64,000 bases of DNA from the NCBI GenBank assembly GCA_973895155.1, contig OZ316898.1, positions 14,414,330 through 14,478,329 on the forward strand. The letters are read 5' to 3'. Positions 48,615 through 62,384 of the stretch are shown piece by piece (position 1 is the stretch's first letter; the number at the start of each line of letters is the position of its first letter). The translations under genes and the position numbers were made by a program. Source of the DNA: Marsupella aquatica. Its lineage: Eukaryota > Plantae > Marchantiophyta. The notes under the pieces are model-generated. The model did not search any database. It was not told where the DNA came from and worked only from the letters and a program-made list of their open reading frames with translations.

Positions 48615-49553
48615 GCCATTCCAAACTAGAGCGAGAGACGCTAATTAATGTATGTAAAGTAGTGGAGTTGCCTCGCGAACCTTCGAGAAGGTACATTAAG
48701 ATACAGGTGGGAAATGTGTGCCGCTCTCTCGGGAAACAGCAGGTCGGTCTCCTCATTTCTGAAATAAGGAAATCCCCATTCTCGTCGGGAGGAACTCAGT
48801 TTGAAATGGCAGTCTCGTGAAGCGATTGACCTAAAATATTGCAAGGACATCATCTTCGTTCTAAGTTCAAGTTGGTCTTCAAGTGAAAGGTTCTCTGATA
48901 AATGGATTAGGAAGCTGGCATCCAAGCGCATCAACAGGGAGGACCGTCTGAAACTCCTCCATTACGGCGATGCAGGATTTTTCGGTTTCAATCATGCTAG
49001 AAGACTAAGTCTTTCGACACTCACCTACGAATCATGTCATTTCGATACTCATGATGCTTTCGTGGGTTATCAAGGATCACGTGTGCCCGAACCATGATGT
49101 CCAACTAACATCTGTACACAATCATAGCAGTGATGGGATGAGAGGTCAGAGAGCCTTTGAAACATATTTGAATGTCGTTAGCAACGAAGCAGATTACTGT
49201 CATAGTCGGTGGAGTTTATTGGCTACACTATTACTATTAGTGTACATTGTTGTCACTGCTGAGTTCTAAAAATTTACTTATGAAAAATCAAAACATTCCG
49301 CGCAGCTATTGCCGATGCATATAACGACTGACTGAAACCCAAGGGTGCATTCTAGAGCTCCTGGAGAGCCATACGGTCTCGCGCAACTGAAAAAGTTCTC
49401 ACTATAATGGTATTGCCTCTTCATCAAACATCGACAAGAAATACGTGAAATCAAGGTGAAATCAACAATAACGTGTACTATGATATTCTTAGGTGTTTCA
49501 CATCATGACGAATGAAATTGATAATAAATTTCAGCGAGCGTTACCAGCCACAG

Positions 49554-50146
49554 TACTGCAATAGATTCCAATCCGGCCGGCTTGAACTTGCCAGCGTATA
49601 CAATGCAGAAGTGTTCAATAGCAAGCCCACTGTACAAGCTAGAGTGTATCCTCGATGTGGCAATTGCAAGAGGTTCCGTCGCCATTCTGCCCCATACGAA
49701 TGAAGGCACCCGGGGAGATGAGCTCTGACCAGCATGATTTAAATGGTACAATCCCATGCACGCCGCCATTTCGGGCTGGCTATTCAACGAGCTCGTAGCT
49801 TTCTTTAGCTTGAAGCTGAACTGATTGTACAGAAGCTACTGCAATCGTTTCCAAATCCGGCCTGGACTTGCTACCGTAGCAATTCTGAAGTTTTCAATAG
49901 CTGGCCCGCTGTACACAAGTGTATCCTCAATGACAATTGCATGAGAGGTTGCATTGAGGATTTTAGGGGAATTTAGGGGAATTCTGCCCCACGCTAACAA
50001 GGGCATGCACCCAGGGAGATGACCGCTGACTAGCATGAATTAGGTGGTATCACTCCATGCACGCCGCCATTCGGGCTGGCTATTTCACGAGCTCGTAGTA
50101 GCTGTCTATAGCTTTAAGCTTCACTGACTGTATAGAAACTATTGCA
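49554..50146. repeat. Diverged tandem duplication (283 and 303 bp units)
   Basis: Units start at ta(c/t)tgca 49554, 49837 and 50140. Shared core ccatgcacgccgccatt(t)cgggctggctatt..acgagctcgtag. Confidence 0.85.
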
Positions 50147-53100
50147 CACGAGTTCGATGCTTCACCTTCAACAAGATCCGTCTAGCCGAGCGCCCCTTCA
50201 CCTGAAAGTTGTTTTCTGGGCCATGAAATCCTCCAGAGCAGAGCACTGGTGGGAACAGCGAAGTACTTGAAGTAGTGTGGATATTGGTGGGAGGCAAGAC
50301 GTTATAAGCACTAGAAAGCAAGATACGTGAGTAGAGTCAACAATTTCCAAATTCAAAGTGGACAACGCCCCTAAATTCATTGCTTGTGCTACTCATGTGG
50401 TTCCTCCAGTCTTCGAGTCGTGAGGAGTAATTCATAGAACACAACTCACTTGATTCCTTCAAAGGTACATACATTCTATAACGGTGAGTTCCCTGACTCG
50501 CAATTTGGTCAAGAGTCACTGAAGCATCAAAAAGGCCTTCAGAGAGACCCTAAAAGATGTCCAACAGTTTGTTCAGACAAAGTCCTCTTTAGGACCCTCC
50601 AGTGCCGTCTACTCTACGTTGGAACTTTCCCAGGCTTTTAGTCTGTTCCTTAGTAGCTACTTTTGGAGCTTTCCCAGGCTTTCCAGTTTGTTCGTTACAC
50701 ACTTGAGGCCCAACTCGCCACCTTCTCTTTTGCAGCCCTCAAACTAAAAGATGTCATCATCTATCATCTGATTCACTTATATTTTTATATTTTCATGCAG
50801 TCAACCCCTTGTGAGGCAGGCCTGACAGCATCTTTTGGGGAAACCCCAGAGCAAAGGGCCATAAATGAGCCTTTTGGCCCTTTGAGGTCCCCACCTCAAA
50901 AGAGAACGTGTTGTAAACTCTGCCTTCCTTGGGAAGCAGGAACCAGATTTGTGTCCAATATGTTATGAAGGAAGTGCTACCTTTTCCTCAAGACTAGGGC
51001 CTCATGCTTAGGGCTGCTCACATGCGAGTTTGACCTTAGTTCTGCTTACATTGTATGTGACTCTCAAGCTTTGGCTAGTTGGTCTTCCTGGTTATTCCCT
51101 TGTTTCTTCCTTGTGTTGGGTTCCGGCCTTTAGGATTCTGTCTCCCCTAGGCGCTTTTGGTTCATTGGCAGCGTAGTATATACTTGGCATTTCAAAGAAA
51201 GGTAGTGTTTTCCTTGCCTGTAAGCTACTTGCAAAGCTTGCTCTAAAGTTATTGCCCTTTTAAAAATTAATATAAAAATATTGGTGGGAGATAAGAGGTA
51301 ATCAGGGTAGCCAATAAGTGAAGGACAAGCCATGCTATTCAAGGACGGAGTTACGGCCCATTGCCCCTGAAAAGACCATGGATTATTTATGGGGCATACA
51401 TTCATTGACCCAGTGTATTTTTGTCCTGTTTTCCAGGGTTTGGAAAACTTTCACAGGCAGTCTCAAAGCCTGTTGTTGAACCATTGTTATTCAATTGAGC
51501 CAGGCTGGCCGTGGGGTTACAAAACTACAAACAAAAAGAAAAAGATAAGGGGTTTTATGGTAATAAAAGAGTTATCATTCACCCCATCCTCTATCGGACA
51601 CTTTGGGCACTTTCTATTCACCCCCATCTCCTGTTGTGGCAAGCGGAGAAGAGGGGGCCAAACGAGTTGTTTATCATTCCCTCCCTCCTCCTACACTTAG
51701 TGTTGGAATGCCCTTTAATTTGCAAGAAGGGACATAGGCGTGGCAAAGGGGCTAAATGGAAGTCTACCGTTCGCCCCAGTTTGAAAGTCCCCCTGATTCT
51801 GGGAATGAATCTTGACTGCAGAAACAAGAGAGAGTGACCCCCTATCATGCGTAGAGGTGCAGGAGCTGTATATTTATGCTATGAGATGAAGGGGGTTGCC
51901 CGGTGACAGGAAAATAGAACAGGACACATTAAAAATTCATGAGTAGCAACGAGGTATGGGCCAATTTCTCACAAAGAAACTACTTTACTTATCCATATTC
52001 CGATGGTGATGATTTTTTCAAAAACTGACTATGCTTTCAACATTGCATCAAATTGTTGCATGTGATTTTTGTTCTTGTCACAAGCGTTCTCTTTTTTCAT
52101 GCCCTAGAGCTAGATGATCATCTTCTTGCAGCTAGCAGGACCTTGTACAGGATTAGTAAATCAAGGGAGCCTTGTATTCAAGATGCAAATTTCTGGGCTA
52201 TGCTTTTATGTGTCATGTCCAGGTTGGTACAAATCCCCCAAGACTCTTTGAGCAATATTCTCTTGCAGACAAAGTATTGACAACAAGCTGCTTGTCCTTC
52301 TTGTCTATCTTGTATGCAGGTTCCAATTATCATATGTCATTGTTCAAACAAATCTCTCTTATCTGAACACGATACCAGGACCCTCTAGAGATACCTTTTC
52401 ATATATAATGGAAAGTCCACTGAAACGTTCTATTTCAAGTCCTGACCTGGGAAAACACTACCAATTGGAGTCTCTATTCTCTACTGATATCCCTTGACAT
52501 CAGTGCAGATCCAACGGGAAAGGGTTTTCTTTCCTTGTTGGTGGTCTAAAAGCACGCAGATGGGATGCAACTATATCAAAGCAAGATTTGAATGACAAAT
52601 GACAATCATCCCACGGAAATCTAACACTATAATACTCAATGCTGCTCTTTTTGGTTTTCTTTCGTTTATGAAAAGTGCAATGGGCGGGAATGATTCCCTG
52701 CCAATGGATCATTTTACATTTTTTGCAGACCGTTAGATGACAAAAATAAAGTGTCATGGTGGTATAGGGATGTGGGGATGACTCACATGCCTTGGGATGA
52801 GGATGTTACTTTTGAGTGTCATTGGATTAAAAAAAAGTGGTTCATAGCAAGTACTAGGAATGTGAGGATGGGGTCCAATGGGATAGGGAAGGTTGTCAGT
52901 AACATGTAAGAAGGAATAGGAGGGAGCACAAGTTAGTGCATTAAAAATGTCAGAGTAGATAGTGAGGTAAGCATGTGTGTTGGCAATGGGGTACCACACT
53001 TGGAGATAATAAAAAGGTGTGAGGTACAAAGACATGTATGGTATAAAAATAAGGTAAGGGAAACAAAAATACATCCTAGATACTAAGTCACTTATAATAC

Positions 53101-54619
53101 AAAGCCAAGGAAATCAGTGGGGAGAGAATATAAAATTTTAAGATCCCAAGAGTGAGAATGAGGTCACAATTCTATTCTGCATTTAGAGGAAAGATGTGTC
53201 AATAAATTTTATCCAAAATACACTAGGAGGATATTTAATATATCCAAATTGCCCCCAAGGCCACAAATAGATTTTCTAAATATTTGTTTTTGGTGGGGAA
53301 TGATTTTCTCTGTTTAGTTAGATTTCTTAAGAGGGGGCTGGGCTATTCATTTTTCTCTTTGCTTTTTGTGAGGGTAGTTTTGTGGCCTCTCTTTGATCTC
53401 TTCTTTTTTCAACATGTTTTATGCACGACTTCTTTTTGATCGACACATTTTGTTCTTGACATATTTTTTGTTTGACATCTTTCACACCCGGTAATGTTTT
53501 TTCTCTGCCTCCTTTGCATGCTAGAGATATTTTCTACTTGGCATCAAGTACTATAATATATGCAATCTTGCCAATTCTGGGGGGATTGTCTGCTTACAAA
53601 CTCAAAAAGAACGGAACACAATCTTGATCATCCGCTAAAAACATGTTGACGCACGGGCTTCTGTAGCTCTTCAATCAGGAGCCCAATTATTTTTGTCCGT
53701 TCATCAAATGAGCCAATCTACAACTCAAAATGCAGATCTTTTTTAGATCTATGTCTCAGAAATAACCAGATCATCAAATGATAAAAATGAGGGAGAAAAA
53801 TGATAAAAATAATCCAAACAATCTCATTGGTGGAGGCCAAAAATTTGAATTCTGAATTTTTGGGCAGGTGACCGGGGTATCATCGGGTGACCGGGCAACC
53901 CACCAGGCAAATATCAGACAATATTCCGCTACTATTTGCTCAGTCCTTTTCCGGAAGGATCAAAGAAAGACCTACATGGCGGTGGGCGTAAAGTTGCTCC
54001 TGGGAGAGTGACGACATGCGAATTGTAGCAGCACTGGCTTGCTGATTCTCATAGCCAAAGAGGTATTTTAATTGCTTCCACATATTCAGGGATGGCCATT
54101 TTAATTTTTCCAGACCTTCGTGTTTCATGGAGAAGAGGGTGGCCATATTAATTTTTCCAGGCCTAAATGTACTTTGTGATTTTTCTCTTCCAACTTCTGG
54201 TGTTTTATAGAGAAGAATACACTATACAAAAACATCAATGTGACTATTTACAAAATTTTGCTCAGTTTAAGCTTTGGACTGTAATTGACTGATATCTAGC
54301 CAAAACATGCCTTTAAGGGCATGTTTCAACATGTAACACCAATAGCAAATTAAAGCATTTTCCTCAAGAATATGAGAACCCCGGGGCAGAGATTGGAAGT
54401 TGATTGCAAGCTATATGCCCAAAAAAAGGGAAGCCAGAAATGCAAGACACCCCCAACAATAGTGCACAAGAGGGGACTGAAGTTTCTGAGGTGCCACAAC
54501 CAAATGTCACAGACCCTTTGGTACAGGAAACAAGTGTGGCAACATCAAGTGTCAGAACCCTAGCGGAGCGATTAAAGGCCAACCGTGAGTAATATGCGAG
54601 ATACCATGTTTGCCTCACT

Positions 54620-54752
54620 TTGAATCTTGCCCTCACCTCCACATCTTGCCCTCTCCTCAACATCTTGCCCTCACCGCAAAATCTTGCCCTCTCCTCGACA
54701 TCTTGCCCTCTCCTCGACATCTTTCGTGCAACGCACGGGCATGGGGCTTGTC
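54620..54752 (+). mobile_element. Non-autonomous Helitron-like 3' end preceded by 19-bp repeats
   Basis: atcttgccctc(t/a)cc(t/g)c.ac occurs ~5x, followed by cgtgc-aac-gcacg-ggcat...gcttgt (degenerate CTAG-T). Confidence 0.55.
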
Positions 54753-54893
54753 AATGATAAATGGCAACAGACCTTCAATACAAGTTGGAGTGAGCTAGCT
54801 TGATAGTTGAGATCATGGTAAGTTCAAAGAGAATGGACTTTGAAGCTTAGCTACTGTTGGGTATTTACTCTTACGTCTAGGTTAGGTATGACA

Positions 54894-54998
54894 TGGTTGG
54901 TACAACAACGTGGGTTGGTACAACTACGTGGTTAGGTACAACTATGTGGTTAGGTACAACTACGTGATTAGGTATAACTATGTGGTTAGGTACAACTA
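54894..54998. repeat. 18-bp minisatellite, ~6 copies
   Basis: gtggttaggtacaacta(c/t) repeated in tandem. Confidence 0.9.
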
Positions 54999-55625
54999 AG
55001 TTGCACACTATATCATAAGAGGCATGTGTGCTTGGAGAGGTAGAACCAAGGCTCATTGTTATGGAGCCACTTGAGAGATAGGGAGAGCTTACACTGTGGA
55101 GACTCGGTATAGCCGACGGGCTTAGAGTTCAGTAAAGCTCTCTTGTGTGTTCCCGTGGACGTAGCCTCAAGGAGGTGAACCACGTATCTCTTATGTCGAC
55201 TATTGTGCGTTGGATGGTTCATGGGCTTGCCGTTGCGATCGTCGTCTATGCTCAACAGCTACCAGCATGAGGGGTGAATGCCACATAGTAGTCATGTGGC
55301 ATGTAACATTTGGAAACAATCTAACTTGATCCCTATGTAAATTCCAAACTGCAGTACAAACACTTTCTGCAAGTGCCCTGTGACATCTATTCAATCATCA
55401 CAAAGGGCAATCAAAAGCCAGGATAAGGGCCTATGGTCTGGATTCTGTGAAGATTTTAGACCCTGTGTGTGGGTGGGGGGGGCGCGGGGGGGCGGACAAC
55501 TAAGGTTGGGGTGGAACTGGAAAAAGGCAAGATGGTGCTCACCATCTATTTATGAGCAAAGCTCTAGCTGTAGACTAGTATAACATGTTTGCCACACATC
55601 TTGCAGCTACCAAAGCACGATAATC

Positions 55626-55878
55626 CTCAAGGGCTCATCTAAGGGGGTATCTCATATCAAGGGCAATGATTTTAGGTAATAAACACCCTAGAAACTAGAA
55701 AAAAAGGATTTTAAATATATTTACCCATATCTTTTTCCCCAGATGTTTTGAAAATCCTATCTTTTATTATTTTTTCTCAAAATTGGGTTCTAAGAGCCCC
55801 AATATTCAGTTACAAAAATTTAAAAGTCTTCTACTTGACCCAATAAAAACTCCTATCACATTCAATTGCAGATTGGAT
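55626..55878 (-). mobile_element. Degenerate, truncated copy of the CTCGGGGG-TIR MITE
   Basis: ctcaagggctcatctaagggggtatctcatatc...aataaacacccta...tctcaaaattggg...acaaaaatttaaaagt...cccaataaaaac follows the reverse complement of 62456-62760. Confidence 0.65.
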
Positions 55879-56840
55879 CAGCATGACATCGTTATTCTAC
55901 ATTTTCCCTTATGTATATCACAAACACTTTTTTTTATGGAGTGGGATCTGCCATATAGTTCCAAATTTGAGTTTGAGGACATGATCTGACTAGAGGGATT
56001 CCATCGGAGATCAGATTCATCTTCATTTGAATGTACCTAACTTCAAATTAATCTCTTAATACTGGATATTAATTGTTTAATGCAAAGGAAAATAGACCAA
56101 TATTCACATCAATTTGCACTGAAAATGTTGACTTAAAAACAGACCAATATTGTTGTGAAGTTTTATTTGGGTGAAACATTAGATGCAAAGGGAGATAAAG
56201 GAGTTGGGATACGTAAAAGGTATAAAAGTCAACCTTGAAAAGGCATGGCCCAAGGTTGATGACTCTAGGAGCTTTGAACTCTTCATTCTCTTATGCTTAC
56301 TCAGATTGGTAAATTGGAGGGAAAGAGCCCAAGAAGTCTGCCCAGAAAATAACATGAGTAATTTTTATAATTTAGTTTGGATTATAATGCACCCTTGAAT
56401 GTATTTTCACTCTTGTCATGGAATCAATCACCACATATATTATTTTCTCTATTATTCTCCCTGTAATCACCCTGTTGATTTCTTAGGGGAGGTAACTTTT
56501 GCAATACGGAGTTAAGAGGTAGATGTATCTGTCAATTTGTATGTCTTCAAGAGGAGCCCGCATATGAAAGTGATGAATGAGCAATTACTTTGAAGCTAAT
56601 GCTGCTGGACTCTAGAAGTTTACTTTTCATGTTTCGTGCCTTGAAATTCAATTTCATGAAGGCAAAGAAGTACAGCAGACAACGGCCATGAAAACCCCAA
56701 AAGGAGGGACAAAACGTACACAAGACCAGCTTTTCATATTTCTTTTATGTTCGCTCCCCAGGTAGCTGATTGATGCCGGGCCATGTGATCCAGACAAGTA
56801 TCTCGTTTTTGCTGGCCTGCTATTGTGATTGTACCCCACT

Positions 56841-59800
56841 ATGGATGATGTAAGATCTCTCGAACCCATTTCTCTATTGCAACTCGTTCTCCCTACAATG
56901 TTAAAAGTCTTGCACAGACCTCAATTTTGGGATTGTCCATTTACTGGAAGTTAGGTTGCACACATGTTGAACAACTCAACATTTTATTCCTTGTTCTTTC
57001 TAAGTTTTGGAAGAAATAAGCATGATATTTGCAGTTTGCGGATTTGTGCACATGATCAGTGCAAGAGAGGTTACTCAGCCTTTTTTTTAGTTTCGTTCCC
57101 TCACAATCTCAGCATATCATAGTATCAATCCATCCTCCTCAAATTTTGTATGCAAGGATTATCTCACGTTTGTCATAACTTTAAAGTTGGACTCCCATCA
57201 TTTGTACTGCCTTCCATGTCTAGCCCTGGACAGGTGGAAAAATTTGTGTCTCTTGATCTGTCACATAATCTCTAATGTGAATAAATGGATTTCAAAAGGG
57301 GAGCACCAAATACAGATATTGTCTAGACACAGGGGGTGATTCAATTTTGCCTTTTTGGCACGAAACAATCAAGTAAATTACAAAATAATGCATACACATA
57401 GGATTTTTTCTACACAATTTTAAAAGAAAATTAAGGAAGGACCAGGGCAATTACATTATATCAACGACACATCACTCCACTGTTTATCCCAGTTTGGATT
57501 CAACAATGCCGTTGTGTTTGTCTTTGCGTCTAGAGGAACACTCAGAATGCACTCAATCAAGTGCTACTTTTACAAATGGTATGCATGAAATACAATACAG
57601 CTTAAGCACAAAAGTGGTTTATTGTTGAGCCGCCTCTCTGGTTTTACCGTATCACAATTGCTACTTTACATATGTTATATGGTCATCATTAACTTATGAG
57701 GCTTTCCATCTTGCAGGATGAGGAGGAAGATGTCTTTGCCGACAAAATAATTGGGTTAACATACTGCGAATGCATATTCCTGGATAGCAAGGAAGAGTTT
57801 CTCCTAGCTACCACCAGAAATGAAGATATCAACCAAAGGGATCCCAACTCTGGTGACACTCCTTTGTAAGTGCAGCAAGTATTGCACATTTCTTTACGTT
57901 GTCTCAAGGAACACCAGTCTCTGCTTGATTAGAATATCCACCTGGGCTAGTTAAAGGAAAGGTTATGAACTTGATGTTTGCTGGGTTTCTGGGTAATCTT
58001 AGGGCAGTATGCTCAAACAGGTGCTCAACAAGGCACTCTTTGTAGTACTTAGCATCTAGAGTAGAATGTTCTGCAATTTTCTTTGTGTTACAATGTAAGT
58101 TTATGCATAATTATGTGTCCACTTCTAAATTTGATTTGCTTAAACATGTTGTGATTTTTTCAACACAATAAAACTAGGGACTGCATATTTGTCTAGATAA
58201 TATCACACGCTATGCATGGAAATGACAAGTTATTCAAATTACTTGCTACTCCTAATCCAAATAGACGATGTGATATAAATCTCTACCATGTGCTTTGGCC
58301 CCACCACCAGCACAAGAAAAGTGGGCAGGAAAACAAGCATATGATTTGGAATGGCAATGTGAACAGCTAGTGAACAAACTGTCACATAATGTTGAATTGT
58401 GCAGACTTGCATCAATCAAGCAAGGTCGCAAGGAGCTTATTCCTATGGTTTTGGATTTGAACCCTGACCCAAATTTGCCAAACAATAGTGGGGACTCTCC
58501 TCTCCACTGGGCAGTAGGTTCATTCTTACACTATCTCATGGTGCCTTTTAAACTTGCTAGTAAACATTTTAGAGGATCAACTTTTCCACCATAACTACCA
58601 AGATTATGAAATGCAAAAGGAATACTATGGCGAGAAGGTTTTTGTGAAAACTATTTGTGCGCAGAATGGCAAAAATGGTTTTTCATTCTGGGAGTGCACA
58701 TTTTTCAGCATTTGGGGATAAACAATTTGTGCACATAATGGCAAAAATACCCTTTGGTAGAGAGCACTATGTACAGCCTGAGCTCTAGCATTTCCATGTA
58801 AAATTGTGTTTCAGGATAAGCAATTTGGTCATGGATTGGCAAATTTAGTAGTTTACCCTTCAGTATACTGTATGTTAACAGACTGACCTTGTGAAAACGG
58901 TTATATTGGAGGATGCCTTGAGTAGTGCTATTTGCCAAAAGTAGGCTTAGAGCCATCTCTCAATTAGTGAAACTCCCGGTGAAACTATTTTACAAGCACA
59001 AGTGCTGGGAATAGCTTGCTTTTCTCTCGTTTGTGACTAGCTAGGCCTTACATACTCTTTTCCTTACAGTCTTCCACAACATTAAGGAATGAGTCAGTTC
59101 ACCTCAAAGTTTGCAATGCATTCACATAGGGGTTGGAAAGGCACAGATGCAGGCTGCCAAATTGGACCTAAATTACACAATGAATACTTGTGTCATGTGA
59201 TGGTGAGGAACCTAGTAGTTATGGCAACTGGCCTGGAGAAGGATCCAGCAAGGTTTTGACAAATTAAAGAATTGTAACAACCTGCTCCAGAGCATCCAAA
59301 ATGTGACAAGCCTGGAATATGCAAACAAGTAGCCTGCATCAACTAATTGTGGGACATGGTAAATCTAATGTAACAATAACGGGAAGAGATGAAACTCAAT
59401 GCTGTATATCCGCATTATAGTTGGAATATTTCACCTTACACAACGGTGGGTACTTTACGTTAATTGGCAGTGCTTGAAAGGTTATGACAACATTGTAACT
59501 CGACTACTGAAAATTGGAGCGGACAAGGATGCTAAGGGAGAATTTGGAAATACTCCCCTACACCTTGCTGCCAGTGGGAGCCATGTTGAATGTGTCAACA
59601 TCATGTTGATGGTATGACTTACTTTTAGATATATTTGTAAGAACAGAAGTCTCTCAAACCATTTGCTTGTTGTTGTCTTTGTGATGGAAAGGTCTTAGTT
59701 CTATGTCCAAATTGTACTCTCAAGAATGATTACTAGAAAGTTTCAGAGTTTGAAGAAGGTGCATATTAACTGGTATGTTATTACAAGAGGTCAAGGTATA

Positions 59801-61644
59801 TGCAGGGTTGACAAGGAAATGCTCAAGAGAAAATGACTTCCTATTCTTGACTTGTGAAGGCCAGGAGGGGGCTTCTACTAAGTTACGAAATGAGTTTGGT
59901 AACAACAGTTTGCAAATGGCCTCCAATATTGACATAAAGAAAAGGGTATGTTGCCAGGGGCATATTGGTGTGACATCCACTCCACGTACACACACTTCAG
60001 TAATTGTAAAATGCGTGGTCGATCTGTACTTTAATTAGGACTTTCGTCACTTTTGAATGGTATAAAGACAGTGGATCCTCTTCTTGTTGAATTTGTTCAC
60101 TTGAGTAGGCAGGCTTCTTGTGGTCCACTCAAATGTTAATTGTTAGTAACACTTTATTTGATAGGATGTTAAGCTCTCTAATTGGAATGGCGTTTTGCCT
60201 TTTGTTATCAGATAAAGAGTTTTATGGAAAATCCTGAGATTGCAAAAAAAGCCCTTATGGCTGAAGAGGTTTCAAAGAAGAGGAAGCGAGAGGAAGATGT
60301 AGAAAGTGCACTTGCTATTCAACAAGTTTGTGACCCCGCCTTCGGACAACTGTTTTCTCAAGCATCACCATGTTCATCTTGTGTTTTAGAGTCCAAAGTA
60401 GTTTGAAGACAAAGTCTATACATACTCTGTATTTTTTGGGTTTTTCTTGTTTTTCATGTGAACGTACCCTGCAATTAATTGGGGGACCTAGTGAGGCTCA
60501 TACTTGTTTCAGAATGATAAGGATTAAACTTGGTGTGCACTATTTGGAGGCACCTCCATCATGTGTGAGTGTCTCATTAGATTTTTGTGATCTACCAGTA
60601 GAGACTTAAACATAGCTAGCTCTAAACCAAACAGGTGATGGCAATGGGGATGAAATGTGCCATTTTGATATATTTGAACCCTTACTCCATGTAAGTTTCT
60701 ATTAAGTTTTCTCCAAAACCAGATCTAAAACTTTGCTTGTTCTCACGTGGTGGGGTGCATATTTGGCACAAACAGGAACTTGAGAGGAAGAGAATGGAAG
60801 AAGAGGCTATCATCAAGGCTAAGCGTGATGCAGTTGCAGCTGAAGAGGTAAGTATCTAGAACATTCCCTCTTCCAAATCTCCTCTCATCTGTTCGTTAAA
60901 CTGAGATTTAGTTTCTTGATTGTAAACATTGTTGATGAAGACTTGGCATCATCTCATTGCTATTGCATGTTTGATTTCCTTTGACATGACTGTAGTTGAG
61001 AATTGAGCAAGAAGAGGCGGCTATTGAAGCAGCTCGTTTGGCAGAAGAGGAACGACTGGTATGTTTCTAGAAAAGTCATGCAGAACTTATGTGCAAAACT
61101 CTTGCTCAAAGAATTACAAGTATCATCATTTGATGGGTAACACCTAAATAATAATATTTGGACGCTAAAAGTATCAATTTTGATTTTGATATGTTTCTAG
61201 AGGAAGGTCTAACTTTCAGACTTGCAATTGTGTCCAGAAGATAAAGCTGTTAATTATATTAAGTGCATACTATGGCTTGCTTTAGTTCAATACAACCAAC
61301 ATGCATTGCACGCACATATTTGTTTCAGATGCAACCAGTGTGAAATCTTTGAATGTGATTGGTTAGATTAATGTGGCAGAGTTTGATTGCTCATGCTTGT
61401 CATCTCTTATCTCACACAGGAGCAAGAAAGGCTAGAGGCAGAAAGACTGATTGCAGAAGAGAAAAAGGTTGCAAAGAAAGGGTCTAAGAAAAAGAAGAAG
61501 AAAAAAGCCAAGAAAAAGAAAAAACAACCATCAGCTGAACATGTCGCTGAACCCATTGCTGAACCTGTTGTCGAGCCCGTCGCAGAACCCATAGCTGAAG
61601 CTGTCACTGAGCCTGTAGCTGAGCAGAAGGAAACAAGCACATAA
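56841..61644 (+). CDS. Ankyrin-repeat protein with coiled-coil, poly-Lys tract and (A/V)EP(I/V) tail, ~320 aa
   Basis: Exons 56841-56849, 57717-57865, 58405-58513, 59471-59611, 59865-59945, 60212-60325, 60776-60847, 60996-61058, 61420-61644 (963 nt, phase-consistent). Ankyrin motifs GDTPL, GDSPLHWA, GNTPLHLAA and GNNSLQMA. The 9-nt first exon is tentative. Confidence 0.85.
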
Positions 61645-62384
61645 ACTCTCTCGATACAATAATCTCAATCTTTGTATGAGTGTGGCAACTTCCACACATA
61701 GTGGCCCTCTATGTGTCCAACTAGATGTGATTAAGCATTGTGGATTGGAAATTATGACATAAATATTGATGCCTTTCTTCAATCTGGGCAAAAGGATCTT
61801 GAATTAGAATTAGAGTTTCAAATTGTAAGCACATATCTAGAGAGGCCACCAGATTGCCTAGCCCTCCTGGTATGGAAGCAACTTTGCAGAATTTGACCAA
61901 TTGACATGAAATTAACTTACAGTATTATTTATTCAAATGTCTCTTATTATCGAACCACTAAAAAGTGTACCATCCATCTAGTCAGTAGTTCAAAGGTCCA
62001 TTAAAAGAATTTATATAATACTGACTTAATGCATATTACCATATGCTTGCCACGGGACCTCGCACGGGACCAGATCTCTCAGCTCAGCTTGCACAAACAT
62101 AGAAACATGTCACTTGAAAAGAACCCTTTTAAATAGACACGTAGCAATGTGATCAAGACTGAAGCAACCCAAATATTCTCCTTCTACTTCTGCCAAACAC
62201 ACCAACTACATTACAATTGATCCATGTACCCCCAAGTTTGCCACTAACATAAACTCTATGGATATTGATTAGTGACACAAGCATGTGGCACCTTAATCAA
62301 ATGAGAGGTGGTAAGTTATGGGGTAAGTTAGCACTGGTTCGCATTGGGAATAAAGGTTGGAACATGGGGCCTATTTAAGTTTTA

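Noticed and set aside
49960-49982. Telomere repeat or telomerase RNA template (TTTAGGGG x2)
   Set aside because: Only two imperfect units, present in one of the two duplicated copies, with no USE/TATA Pol III promoter seen.
51130-52500. Remnant LINE ORF1 or other coding fragments
   Set aside because: Only vague resemblance and no diagnostic motif I can support.
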